Virus record (IMG/VR): IMGVR_UViG_3300021181_000006
Coordinates: 120,467 to 184,466 of that record
Source: a virus
Direction: 5' to 3' (one strand)
Length of the DNA stretch: 64,000 bases
In this document: piece by piece, positions 38,356-46,815 of the stretch
How the letters are laid out: every line of letters begins with the position of its first letter
How positions within the stretch are numbered: the first letter of the stretch is position 1
Translations under genes and position numbers: made by a program
Notes under the pieces: generated by a model
Seen by the model: only the letters and a program-made list of their open reading frames with translations
Told to the model about the DNA's origin: nothing
The model's database searches: none

Positions 38356-38791
38356 TACTGCCTAAAATGAGATGGGCTTTCTTCTCATTTGGCATTAGCT
38401 TATCTGTGGCATGGAATGCTGCAAGACCAATAGCAGATCCAGCAATAGTGCCTAAAATAGTGGAGTTACGTTTATCCACGATATACTTTTTAACCATGTC
38501 AGCAAATTTAGCATTCGGTATCGATGCTGTAGCGAATGCCTCTCCATTCGATAATTTAGCCTTTTGATATGCCTCAGCATATTCCTTGATAACCTCTGGA
38601 TGTTCTTTTAATAACTTTGAGGTAACCTTTCCACTAGCAAACTGACTACCAGCAGCTATTCCACCTATAATGGAACCTTTTAAAAAACCCTTTGATCGTC
38701 CTTTTAATGAACGATCACTGGTAGTAGAAGCACCAACAGCGCCACCAATACCCATAAATGGAAAGAGTTTATTAACGAAAAACGTATGCAT
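38333..38791 (-). CDS. glycine-zipper head-region protein
   Basis: GIGGAVGA, GSIIGGIAAG, GTIAGSAIGLAA. Confidence 0.6.
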   Translation of the reverse strand: MHTFFVNKLFPFMGIGGAVGASTTSDRSLKGRSKGFLKGSIIGGIAAGSQFASGKVTSKLLKEHPEVIKEYAEAYQKAKLSNGEAFATASIPNAKFADMVKKYIVDKRNSTILGTIAGSAIGLAAFHATDKLMPNEKKAHLILGSIVHDRLL

Positions 38792-39393
38792 TAGACATTC
38801 ATCATATCTAAGATACTATTCGTCGCTTTAGCCGTATCTCCAATAGACTTAATCGCGGTATTACCCACTGACTTCAGACGAGAATCATTCATATTTTTGT
38901 CCGCTTCGATCAGTTTAGCCAACATGGTATGATCGATCATATCGTATTGCGACAACTGCTCTAAAATAGAACCAGCAATGATATGATTCGTCATCAGATT
39001 AGGCGCAATATGAAATAACATATTAAAGTGCTCAGTAGTACGCTTCAGATTCGACTTCAGATCAGGCTTATCTTTCAGAACCTGTTCTAATGACTGCTTT
39101 TTCTGTACATGCTTGAGCAGGTATCCACCAACAATAACGCTAGGGATAACTCCTAATGCAGCTGCGCCAATCATATTACGCATATTCGTAACATGCGGTA
39201 GCGATACTTTGGGAGTAGCGGCTTCCTTCTCCATCTCATCGGCTTTTTCTTCTACGAGATTGCAGAACGTAGTAAAATCATCAATAGTTTCGATACCAAG
39301 AGCAGCGATCTTCTCCTGAAGAACATCAGCTAATGAGTTATCTGCTTTCGCTTCAATCAGTTCATTAATAAGATCAAGATTGTCCGTGCTCAT
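38791..39393 (-). CDS. KxA-motif head protein
   Basis: QEKIAA, MEKEAA then IGAAALGVIPSVIVGG. Confidence 0.65.
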   Translation of the reverse strand: MSTDNLDLINELIEAKADNSLADVLQEKIAALGIETIDDFTTFCNLVEEKADEMEKEAATPKVSLPHVTNMRNMIGAAALGVIPSVIVGGYLLKHVQKKQSLEQVLKDKPDLKSNLKRTTEHFNMLFHIAPNLMTNHIIAGSILEQLSQYDMIDHTMLAKLIEADKNMNDSRLKSVGNTAIKSIGDTAKATNSILDMMNV

Positions 39394-39719
39394 TTGCCTG
39401 CTCCGAAAGTGGGATTCATGCCTGTTGGATGTCGATTTTCGCCGTAATTTCTTGAAAGTTTACCCTGATAGTCAGAGTTTGCTTTGATAGCTCGTACACC
39501 TAAGTAACCAGCTGCTCCAACGCCTGCAGCTCTCGTCAGGCTTAGGCGACTACCACCCTTACCATTCGGAACATACAGAGCCTTATGAGCCACATCAGCA
39601 CCGACTTCCAGTGCTTTACCGGTACCAGTCACGGCTGCACGTCCAACCTTTTTAGCTCCAGTAGCTAATAGATCGAAAGCCGAAGCTGTTTTGATCATTG
39701 ATTCGAAAAATGGGTTCAT
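39390..39719 (-). CDS. KxA-leader cationic glycine-zipper protein
   Basis: MNPFFESMIKTAS leader, then basic amphipathic region and AAGVGAAGYLG. Confidence 0.65.
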   Translation of the reverse strand: MNPFFESMIKTASAFDLLATGAKKVGRAAVTGTGKALEVGADVAHKALYVPNGKGGSRLSLTRAAGVGAAGYLGVRAIKANSDYQGKLSRNYGENRHPTGMNPTFGAGK

Positions 39720-40552
39720 TTTTTAATACAGTTTTTGAGTTCTTGGATCTTCTTACCAATCCACTGAGTTCCGCCTTCAACAGCTAAACGCTCATCGGCC
39801 TTACTGAAGAAGTCTCTAATGACTAAATATAAAGGATGTTGGCCGTTTACAACTCGAACACCATAGTTACCAAGTAACTTGCTAATATATTGCTCATCTA
39901 CTGGCTCAGAAGCAGAAGCTACTTTAACGCCGTCTTCAACCAGTTTCTTAGTGATATCAGCAAACATCGTCATAAGCTCAATTTTACGCTCTGGAAAGCT
40001 GATAAGCATCGCTGCAAAGAGATCGTCACGGGTATAACCATCAAGAATCAGGTTCTTAACTGTGGAATACAGGTCTTTGAGATATCCAGAAGCTGCAGCC
40101 TCAGCAACAATCAGCTTATTCATCAACAGAGTCTCAGCAGAAGCCATCTTCTCCAACACGATAGTGACTCGCTGATTATGTTCTCTCGGGGCCATATCCA
40201 TGACTTCAGGAGATCCGAACATATCCATAATACGATCAGTATCAACTGAACGTGGAATCGAAGGCTGAGCATTAAAAGTTGTATCCACAGGTGGCTGCCT
40301 TAAGTCTTTAAGTTCTTCAAGAACCTCAGAAAGGTCCGTTGTTGGGAAGGTGAATGTCTTATCAGAGACCTTGTTAAACAGTCTAGTGTATGTCAGCTGA
40401 TTCGCCAGTTCACAAATACGTTGGATCTGGTTCTGGTTTAGATCATGCTTATGTGCGATAGTAGCTACCGACTTCTTAATAGGTACTTCTTTCTCTATAA
40501 AAGAGTCAGAAGCTATTTTAGCCCAGGTAGAAGCAAGAGTAGCATCGAACAT
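39716..40552 (-). CDS. first gene of the head operon, KxA-motif protein
   Basis: LNQNQIQRICELAN helix; AKIAS, EKMAS, VKVAS. Confidence 0.7.
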   Translation of the reverse strand: MFDATLASTWAKIASDSFIEKEVPIKKSVATIAHKHDLNQNQIQRICELANQLTYTRLFNKVSDKTFTFPTTDLSEVLEELKDLRQPPVDTTFNAQPSIPRSVDTDRIMDMFGSPEVMDMAPREHNQRVTIVLEKMASAETLLMNKLIVAEAAASGYLKDLYSTVKNLILDGYTRDDLFAAMLISFPERKIELMTMFADITKKLVEDGVKVASASEPVDEQYISKLLGNYGVRVVNGQHPLYLVIRDFFSKADERLAVEGGTQWIGKKIQELKNCIKK

Positions 40553-40610
40553 GTATTACCTTCGTATTACCCAATAGGGTACGGTGTTTTACCCTATCTT
40601 CAAGAGATAA

Positions 40611-40632
40611 GGGAGGGGAGGGGGGTATAGGG
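40611..40632 (+). other. G-quadruplex-forming motif at the divergent late/early junction
   Basis: GGG-A-GGGG-A-GGGGGG-TATA-GGG. Confidence 0.55.
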
Positions 40633-40711
40633 AAAAATAGGCACCTTTTGGTATAAGCTATATACACACCCATTGAAGAACTACACTTCTTCATACAACA
40701 AGGAATATACC

Positions 40712-40915
40712 ATGCTCTTCGGAATCCCCACTCAGACCATCGTTGTCGGAGTCGTCTGCGCCGCTGCCGGTGCCATCGGTGGTGCCATGTACGCCAAGAG
40801 TGCCGCCGCTGCTGACATCAAGGCGCTCACCGATCTCAACGCCAAGCACAAGGTGGAGATCGAGAGCCTCACCAAGCTGCTCGACCAGGCCACCTCGACC
40901 AAGCGCGCTGCGTGA
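40712..40915 (+). CDS. small membrane-anchored coiled-coil early protein
   Basis: AACAAGGAA SD; TM IVVGVVCAAAGAIGGAMYA; GC-rich codons. Confidence 0.75.
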   Translation: MLFGIPTQTIVVGVVCAAAGAIGGAMYAKSAAAADIKALTDLNAKHKVEIESLTKLLDQATSTKRAA

Positions 40916-40920
40916 TCTGT

Positions 40921-40960
40921 TGATCATACAAACCGCAAGGTTTGTATGATCACTTAGCTA
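40921..40960 (+). terminator. 14-bp GCAA-tetraloop hairpin followed by TTAGCTA
   Basis: TGATCATACAAACC-GCAA-GGTTTGTATGATCA. Confidence 0.8.
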
Positions 40961-41004
40961 TGTTTTTTAGGTATAAGTTAAATACACCACCAACAAGGAA
41001 CCCT

Positions 41005-41304
41005 ATGTACTCTCAGACTCCAGAAGAGATTGCTCATAGTATCAGTCTCCTCAAAGATGATATCCAAATCCGTATGCGTGCCATGCATTACTATCTCATG
41101 CAGCAAGGCTCTGCGATTCTGGAACGGTTTGTTCGTGAAATTCCTCCTCCAGCAACCCATGAGATGAATCAAGAACTCATCAATCTGGCTCTGCAGAGCA
41201 AGATGCATTGGGATGACATTGAGGACAAGATTTGCTTTCCGATGTCAGTCGTGCATAGGAAATACAAGGAGATCGATAGACTCATGCGAGTTAAGACACC
41301 TTAA
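41005..41304 (+). CDS. hypothetical early protein (start reassigned)
   Basis: AACAAGGAA SD after AGGTATAAG. Confidence 0.7.
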   Translation: MYSQTPEEIAHSISLLKDDIQIRMRAMHYYLMQQGSAILERFVREIPPPATHEMNQELINLALQSKMHWDDIEDKICFPMSVVHRKYKEIDRLMRVKTP

Positions 41305-41353
41305 TGGTGTCTTTTAGGTATAAGATTAATACACCCTTTCTCTAGGAACTATT

Positions 41354-41710
41354 ATGCTAATCTATTATTTTGGATGCTGGGATTCCATTGGCCATCACCT
41401 CTATACACCCGGTGGTCGGTATGCAGATGATAATATTAAGAATTTATTACCATGCAAATGGGAAAATCTCGACGGTGGTTTTTCTCCAGAGGAAACCAAC
41501 ACCCAAGGGATAGCAAAGCTCACCCATATTGAAGACTGGACTATTGTTTCATTTTGGGATTATAGCGTAGATACTCGACACGGTTCCCATAGCACATTCA
41601 TTATTGATGAAATACTGGATATAGATAAAGCTTTAATGTCTGCTCGTAATGTATATCCAGACATCTTTGCTCGTTATAAGTTCCAGATCTCAGGGACCAC
41701 ACAGACGTAA
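41354..41710 (+). CDS. hypothetical early protein
   Basis: AGGAA SD; YYFGCW...GHHL...LDGGF...WT..SFWD.SVD.R. Confidence 0.75.
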   Translation: MLIYYFGCWDSIGHHLYTPGGRYADDNIKNLLPCKWENLDGGFSPEETNTQGIAKLTHIEDWTIVSFWDYSVDTRHGSHSTFIIDEILDIDKALMSARNVYPDIFARYKFQISGTTQT

Positions 41711-41810
41711 ATATTAGTATTTTTTCAGATATAAGAACATTAGAGACATATTGTCTCTACTACAGATTCATCTTAATTGATGATATCTGATAAATATATA
41801 GGAGTTTCCC

Positions 41811-41984
41811 ATGAATGACCGTAACGACAATGATCAGAATACGGCTGGGGTTCTAGGGATTCAGTCTGAAGAAAGCATCTCGCACATGTGGGGCGATACT
41901 GACGATGATGAAGACATAGAAGATGATGAAGATGATGAAAGCGACGATGACGACTCAGACGACGGTGACGATAACGATACATAA
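41811..41984 (+). CDS. 57-aa hyperacidic protein (below track cutoff)
   Basis: AGGAG SD; 22 of the last 29 residues are D/E. Confidence 0.7.
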   Translation: MNDRNDNDQNTAGVLGIQSEESISHMWGDTDDDEDIEDDEDDESDDDDSDDGDDNDT

Positions 41985-42117
41985 TCACACACTTTCCAAG
42001 ACTAGAAAGATAGGTTTCCCAATGTGAACATTATTACAACTCATGCGTGAACCAGCTGCAATTATGCTGGTCACGTTTTTTTAGGTATAAGATTATGAAC
42101 CCCAACAAGGAAACCAT

Positions 42118-42486
42118 ATGAACCTTATTATCTCGTCGTTATCCGACGTTAATCATCGTCATGCTGAAGATACCATCGTCATGAACCAGCATATCATGGC
42201 AGAATGCCATCTCACGCTCAAGGTCGCTAGAGATCCACGTGATCGATACGCAGCAACTGCAGCATTGAATGCGGCTTTCAAGCGTATTCAACTGGCTCAT
42301 AGCCTCAAACTCTTGAAAGATGATCCCATCCGTTCATCACAGATCTGCCAACAGATCGTTGAGACCCAACCAGAGGAATATCCATGTCAGATCAGAGGCC
42401 AGGTTACGTCATCGTCAGTGGTCATTCAACCGAACAGCTCAAAAAGCATGTTCTTGAAGCTCTTAAAGATGGCTACGTTCCAATAG
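42118..42486 (+). CDS. hypothetical early protein
   Basis: AACAAGGAA SD after promoter motif. Confidence 0.7.
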   Translation: MNLIISSLSDVNHRHAEDTIVMNQHIMAECHLTLKVARDPRDRYAATAALNAAFKRIQLAHSLKLLKDDPIRSSQICQQIVETQPEEYPCQIRGQVTSSSVVIQPNSSKSMFLKLLKMATFQ

Positions 42487-42575
42487 GAGGTATAGCCGTG
42501 CTAGAATATGATCATGGATATGGACATAGCCCTGAATACGTCCAATCCATGGTCTTAAAAGAAGTCCTTCGCTAG
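42384..42575 (+). CDS. DUF1737-like small protein
   Basis: YVIVSG....LKKHVLEALKDGYVPIGG.....YVQSMV. Confidence 0.6.
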   Translation: MSDQRPGYVIVSGHSTEQLKKHVLEALKDGYVPIGGIAVLEYDHGYGHSPEYVQSMVLKEVLR

Positions 42576-42647
42576 GTCTGCTCTATGCAGATCGAATCCC
42601 CCTACTAAGGGGATTCTTTAGGTATAAGAACATTAAGGAGATTTATT

Positions 42648-43010
42648 ATGTTAACAGAGATTTCCGATAACTATGTTCATTGCAGTAGTCACTCTATAAG
42701 GCGACTCAGAGAAAGATTTGATTTCTTTGCCCTCAAAAGCAATTACTTCTGTATGAGATTCCTGGAGCAGAATGTAGATAAATCAGAAATAGTGATAGAA
42801 TCACGTGAAAAGCATCATCGATGGTATGGACGCACAGCTCGCTATTATCGGCATACCTATCAAGGAACTCCATTAGAGATGTTTTTCATAGTCAGCCCAG
42901 ATAATATTGTCGTCACAGTACTCACGAAAATACAGTTCCTGGCCTTAATGGAAGATACTCTTCATCTCAAAAGATATCATGCGTTGCTCTATAAGATAGC
43001 GAATGCATGA
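42648..43010 (+). CDS. H..RR..ER-motif protein (DUF4258/BECR-like)
   Basis: SSHSIRRLRERF ... FFIVSPDNIVVTVL; AAGGAG SD. Confidence 0.65.
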   Translation: MLTEISDNYVHCSSHSIRRLRERFDFFALKSNYFCMRFLEQNVDKSEIVIESREKHHRWYGRTARYYRHTYQGTPLEMFFIVSPDNIVVTVLTKIQFLALMEDTLHLKRYHALLYKIANA

Positions 43011-43071
43011 TCTCACTAAGAAGTCCCACTAGGACTTCTTTTAGGTATAAGGACATTACAAGGAATAACCT

Positions 43072-43257
43072 ATGCTCATTATATTCTGTATCCTCATCAA
43101 TTGGATGCTGATAGGCTCTTTGGGAGCAATAACATCTATTAGTCAGTTTAAGCAAGATATGTCTCTAAAAGACTATTTCATGATTTGGACTATTGCTTTC
43201 ACTATAGGACCTATTCTGTTAACAAACGTTCTTATTCAGCATATACGTAGAAAATGA
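43072..43257 (+). CDS. small two-TM membrane protein
   Basis: two hydrophobic segments; AAGGAA SD. Confidence 0.6.
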   Translation: MLIIFCILINWMLIGSLGAITSISQFKQDMSLKDYFMIWTIAFTIGPILLTNVLIQHIRRK

Positions 43258-43472
43258 TATGGTGCATCATCTCCTATGTGATCTTTGGAATGTGGATATC
43301 ATTCCAATGTATTATATTGGATAAATATACTGATATTGAAAGTACCGTCAAAAATAAAAAACTAATCGTTGATTACACATTCATTATTCTAGTTGTGTCT
43401 ATCTTATGGTTCCCGTTAGGGATCTTTATGGTTGGATCTGTTATCTGGGAGTTATATCACGAGAAGTCCTGA
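43254..43472 (+). CDS. small two-TM membrane protein
   Basis: YVIFG....; ILVVSILWFPLGIF; ATGA-coupled. Confidence 0.6.
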   Translation: MIWCIISYVIFGMWISFQCIILDKYTDIESTVKNKKLIVDYTFIILVVSILWFPLGIFMVGSVIWELYHEKS

Positions 43473-43571
43473 ATAGGCTTCTTTTAGGTATAAGATTACT
43501 AGCGCTGCCCGATACGCAGTGTCATCTTTATCCATGTTGGATAGAGATAATCTATCGCCAAGGAGTTACCC

Positions 43572-44048
43572 ATGGCTCGTCAATATTCAAATGAAAAATC
43601 TTGCGCTGAACTGCGTGGGATCCAAATCTTTCATATCCTTCAAGGTTGTGCGTTTAACCGCATGACGAAGAATTATGAATGGCTTTCAGGCAAACTCGGC
43701 TACCCAGGCACGACTGATCTTCAGACCTCACAAGGACTTGGAGTAGGTAGAGTACTCGCATGGCCGTTAGGTCGTCTCATGTCGTGGTGCATCGATAATA
43801 AACTACCTCCCATTACCGTCCTTGTCGTGAACAAGAAGACCGGTAAGCCTGGAGTTGGTCTCGTCGGTACCACTGACTTCGATGCTGCCAGGGAAGCGGT
43901 ATTCGCTTACAACTGGTACGATATTATCGATCCAACCTTCGAGGAGTTGGCTAAGTATCGTAAAGGTAGTGAGGAGGATGTTCCTCAAGTGACCATTAAA
44001 GAGCAGTTGGGAGAATATTTCGTAGATGGTCAAACACGACGTGCCTAG
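43572..44048 (+). CDS. winged-helix-like protein
   Basis: NYEWLSGKLG ... LGRLMSWCIDNKLPPITVLVVNKKTGKPGVG; AAGGAG SD. Confidence 0.65.
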   Translation: MARQYSNEKSCAELRGIQIFHILQGCAFNRMTKNYEWLSGKLGYPGTTDLQTSQGLGVGRVLAWPLGRLMSWCIDNKLPPITVLVVNKKTGKPGVGLVGTTDFDAAREAVFAYNWYDIIDPTFEELAKYRKGSEEDVPQVTIKEQLGEYFVDGQTRRA

Positions 44049-44124
44049 ATGAATAAAGAAGAGTCTTAAATGACTCTTCTTTTAGGTATAAGATAGTTAC
44101 ACCATCAACAAGGAACTAACTATT

Positions 44125-44967
44125 ATGACTTCATATGCCGAACATCGCATGACGAAAAGCGTTCATGCCAAGCAGTACCTACTCAAGCAACACCCAAAAC
44201 AAAGACCAGATTCTGATACTCATATCGAAGATCTAGCCAATTTAATGCTGAAAGGTAACTTTTGCCAAGATATGAATGATGCCATTTGTATCAATACTCG
44301 CGGTGAATTATGCAATGGACAGAACCGGCTCTACGCTTTGATCAAAGCATCAGAAATAAACCCTGATATCACCATCAGAATGCTCTTCTTGCTGGATCAA
44401 GATCCTGATGCTTTCCCCTATATGGACGGCAATGGATTGGCTCGTCGCATGGAAATGCGCCTATCTTTCTTCAGATCTGAGCCTAAGTCTGTACTCAAGA
44501 AATATACTAGTCTGATCAGATTCGCCATGCGCGAACTGTATCACTTGAATCCCAAGGTCGAAATCGATGAAATCAACAAATATGCCGATAAGCATAAAGC
44601 GATCTTGGATTGGGCGACTGCTCGTGATCCTGAAGATAATAAGGCATTCGTCGGCACAGAATTCGTGATGTCCATGATAGAGATGCATCTGATGAATCCT
44701 GCGAAAGCAAGAGAATTCAGAAGGCATGTTCTGAGTGGTGCTAGTCTACCAGAGAAACATCCTGCGTTGGTTCTCCGAACATTCCTGATGGCAAACGAGG
44801 CGTCACGCCTCATGCCAAGAAGGAAAGAGATCTACTACAAGTGTATCCGGGCAGTAAAGGAATATTTGTCAGCTGGTGAAGCTGGCCAGATTCGTGGCAA
44901 CAAACTCACCATCGATGAATGGGAGGAAGAAACCTACGAAATGCTCAAGTCGATGTTTGCTGATTAA
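44125..44967 (+). CDS. ParB/Srx-like N-terminal domain protein
   Basis: MLKGNF....DAICINTRGELCNGQNRLYALI (DGQHRL-type motif). Confidence 0.7.
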   Translation: MTSYAEHRMTKSVHAKQYLLKQHPKQRPDSDTHIEDLANLMLKGNFCQDMNDAICINTRGELCNGQNRLYALIKASEINPDITIRMLFLLDQDPDAFPYMDGNGLARRMEMRLSFFRSEPKSVLKKYTSLIRFAMRELYHLNPKVEIDEINKYADKHKAILDWATARDPEDNKAFVGTEFVMSMIEMHLMNPAKAREFRRHVLSGASLPEKHPALVLRTFLMANEASRLMPRRKEIYYKCIRAVKEYLSAGEAGQIRGNKLTIDEWEEETYEMLKSMFAD

Positions 44968-45040
44968 TAGCAACGAGAGGGCTCACCACCCTCTCGTTTT
45001 TTTAGGTATAAGTACTATACACCCCTCAAGGAAACATCCC

Positions 45041-45223
45041 ATCACTCATATCGAAGCGATTAAGAAAAATAATAAAGAAATCGAGCAAACTGAGATTGCA
45101 TTTAAAAAGGCATGGAGAGCGCGTGATTCCATGAAGATGGCTCGCATGGAGGCATCGTTGAAGATTCTTCGGAAACGACATGAGCATCTCATGGCACAGC
45201 CAGAAGAGGCGAAAGCGTCATGA
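45041..45223 (+). CDS. small basic early protein with apparent ATC start
   Basis: AAGGA SD 8 nt upstream of an in-frame ATC; ORF runs to a terminator. Confidence 0.45.
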   Translation: MTHIEAIKKNNKEIEQTEIAFKKAWRARDSMKMARMEASLKILRKRHEHLMAQPEEAKAS

Positions 45224-45244
45224 CTAGTAGGGCGGAATAGGAGG

Positions 45245-45276
45245 AATAGGCCATGACTGGCCTGTTTCTTTAGCTA
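45245..45276. terminator. bidirectional terminator plus TTAGCTA closing the early island
   Basis: AATAGGCCA-TGAC-TGGCCTGTT-TCT-TTAGCTA, abutting the terminase stop codon. Confidence 0.75.
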
Positions 45277-46815
45277 TCAAGGACGACCCGTGTAGAATAA
45301 CTCACCTGCTAGCATGCAGTACATGGTACTATGAACTGCATCATCTGGAGTAGCAGGAGAATGATCATAATACATGATATTATCACGATTATACTCAATA
45401 TTAATAGCCAAGAAATCATCAGCAAACTTCTGATAGAGATTCCAGCTCGGAAATTCGATACGTCGCTTCTCGATGAGATTAAAGAGATCAGTCATCACGG
45501 TAGTACGCCCAATCGTGAACATCAGGCGTTCTTGGTTCCAGTTCACACGATTTTTCTGACTTCCTGAGTTATAGAACTGGCATACACGTTCTGTGCCATA
45601 ATGATCCATGAGCTTCAGATTATTATGTAATCCAGCACCCCAGTCACAACCGATGAGCTGACAGTTATACTGCTCACAGATAATCTTGATATCTTCTAAC
45701 TGGAGATTTACGTCGGCTAATTGACCTTCATATTTCTTTTGGAATAAGATCATGAACTTATCTGGATACGGCATCCATGCGCCAATAGTCAGAATAGTGA
45801 ATGACACTTCACCAGTGAGACCCCAGTCGATTCCAGCTACAGTTGGAGTAGGTAACTGAGGATCATCATGGGCATACCAGTCAGTACGATTCGGATTGCA
45901 ACAGGCACGCATGAGAGCAGTGGTAAGAGGCTTTGATCCACTATCGTATGAAAGGCCTAAAACTTCGTTATAAAATCTGTGCTGTGGATAGTTGTTAAGT
46001 TTAAAAAGAATATCACTCTTCCAATCCATCCACGATGTCTGGAGTTGGCACAGGTGAAATCCTTCAATATCTGATCCAGGATTGGTTTTAATCCATTGGC
46101 CTAGAGCAGGATAAAGACGGCATATCTGACATCTCGCGCATACTAGATAATCTTTACCGATATTCTTGAGACCCATCTCCAAATTCCAATGACCACACCC
46201 AGAACATTTATTGGCCCATTCACGTTGTGTGCTGCGAGACCAATAAAATTCTATAGCATTATTAGTGGTTTTAGGCGTGCCGCTATAAACAAATGATTTA
46301 TAAGGATGAGATTTCTCTGCTCGTGGACTATGAGAAGCAGCTTCTTCTATGACACTAAGATTAGATACCAAGATATCCTGAAGCTCGTCTACGCATATTT
46401 GATCTGCTGACAAACCGCGAGTTCTGTCAGCATTCAAGAATGCGTAGCGAATATAGATATTAGAGCCGTTTAACAGAGTTTTTTGATCGATACGATCTGT
46501 ACATGTCGAATCAAATAGATTATCTGCTATATAAGGAGAGTTTTTTAAAAAATCATTTAATCTATCGGAGCTAAAATCTTTTGATTGAGATGCAGAAGGA
46601 CTAACAAACAATGTATTAAAATATGGGATACATGCACTATTGACTGAAATACGCGCAGATAGCGATGTAGACTTTTCTGACTGACGAGCAAACTTGAGAA
46701 TTAGTCTCTGTGCTGGCGATTCGTAGATAGCCTTTAAATATGGTCTATTACTCAGATCTAAAGGTTTACCTTTTAAAAATAACATCTTACTAGCTAAAGA
46801 AAAAGGTGAAATCAT
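45277..46815 (-). CDS. terL: terminase large subunit
   Basis: Walker A-like KFARQSEKST, Walker B ICVDELQD, YSGTPKT, CSGC/CARC Zn insert, nuclease VAGIDWG ... DDAVHS. Confidence 0.9.
   Translation of the reverse strand: MISPFSLASKMLFLKGKPLDLSNRPYLKAIYESPAQRLILKFARQSEKSTSLSARISVNSACIPYFNTLFVSPSASQSKDFSSDRLNDFLKNSPYIADNLFDSTCTDRIDQKTLLNGSNIYIRYAFLNADRTRGLSADQICVDELQDILVSNLSVIEEAASHSPRAEKSHPYKSFVYSGTPKTTNNAIEFYWSRSTQREWANKCSGCGHWNLEMGLKNIGKDYLVCARCQICRLYPALGQWIKTNPGSDIEGFHLCQLQTSWMDWKSDILFKLNNYPQHRFYNEVLGLSYDSGSKPLTTALMRACCNPNRTDWYAHDDPQLPTPTVAGIDWGLTGEVSFTILTIGAWMPYPDKFMILFQKKYEGQLADVNLQLEDIKIICEQYNCQLIGCDWGAGLHNNLKLMDHYGTERVCQFYNSGSQKNRVNWNQERLMFTIGRTTVMTDLFNLIEKRRIEFPSWNLYQKFADDFLAINIEYNRDNIMYYDHSPATPDDAVHSTMYCMLAGELFYTGRP

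Larger units (their letters stand above)
40646..45012 (+). promoter_or_regulatory. repeated hairpin + T-run + AGGTATAAG terminator-promoter modules
   Basis: exact AGGTATAAG at 40969, 41316, 42083, 42620, 43043, 43486, 44084, 45004; variants at 40649 and 41727; each in an intergenic gap. Confidence 0.9.

Noticed and set aside
41773-41988. His/Arg-rich minus-strand ORF
   Set aside because: It is the antisense shadow of the GAT/GAC-rich acidic gene, which has the SD and promoter
40969-45012. AGGTATAAG repeats as a CRISPR array or integron attC sites
   Set aside because: The repeat is only 9-13 bp, spacing is irregular (350-1100 bp) and holds whole genes, the hairpins differ in sequence, and no cas or integrase gene is present
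44876-45040. 5' half of track ORF 44876..45223
   Set aside because: It overlaps the ParB-like gene and runs through a terminator and promoter; only the part from 45041 is plausible
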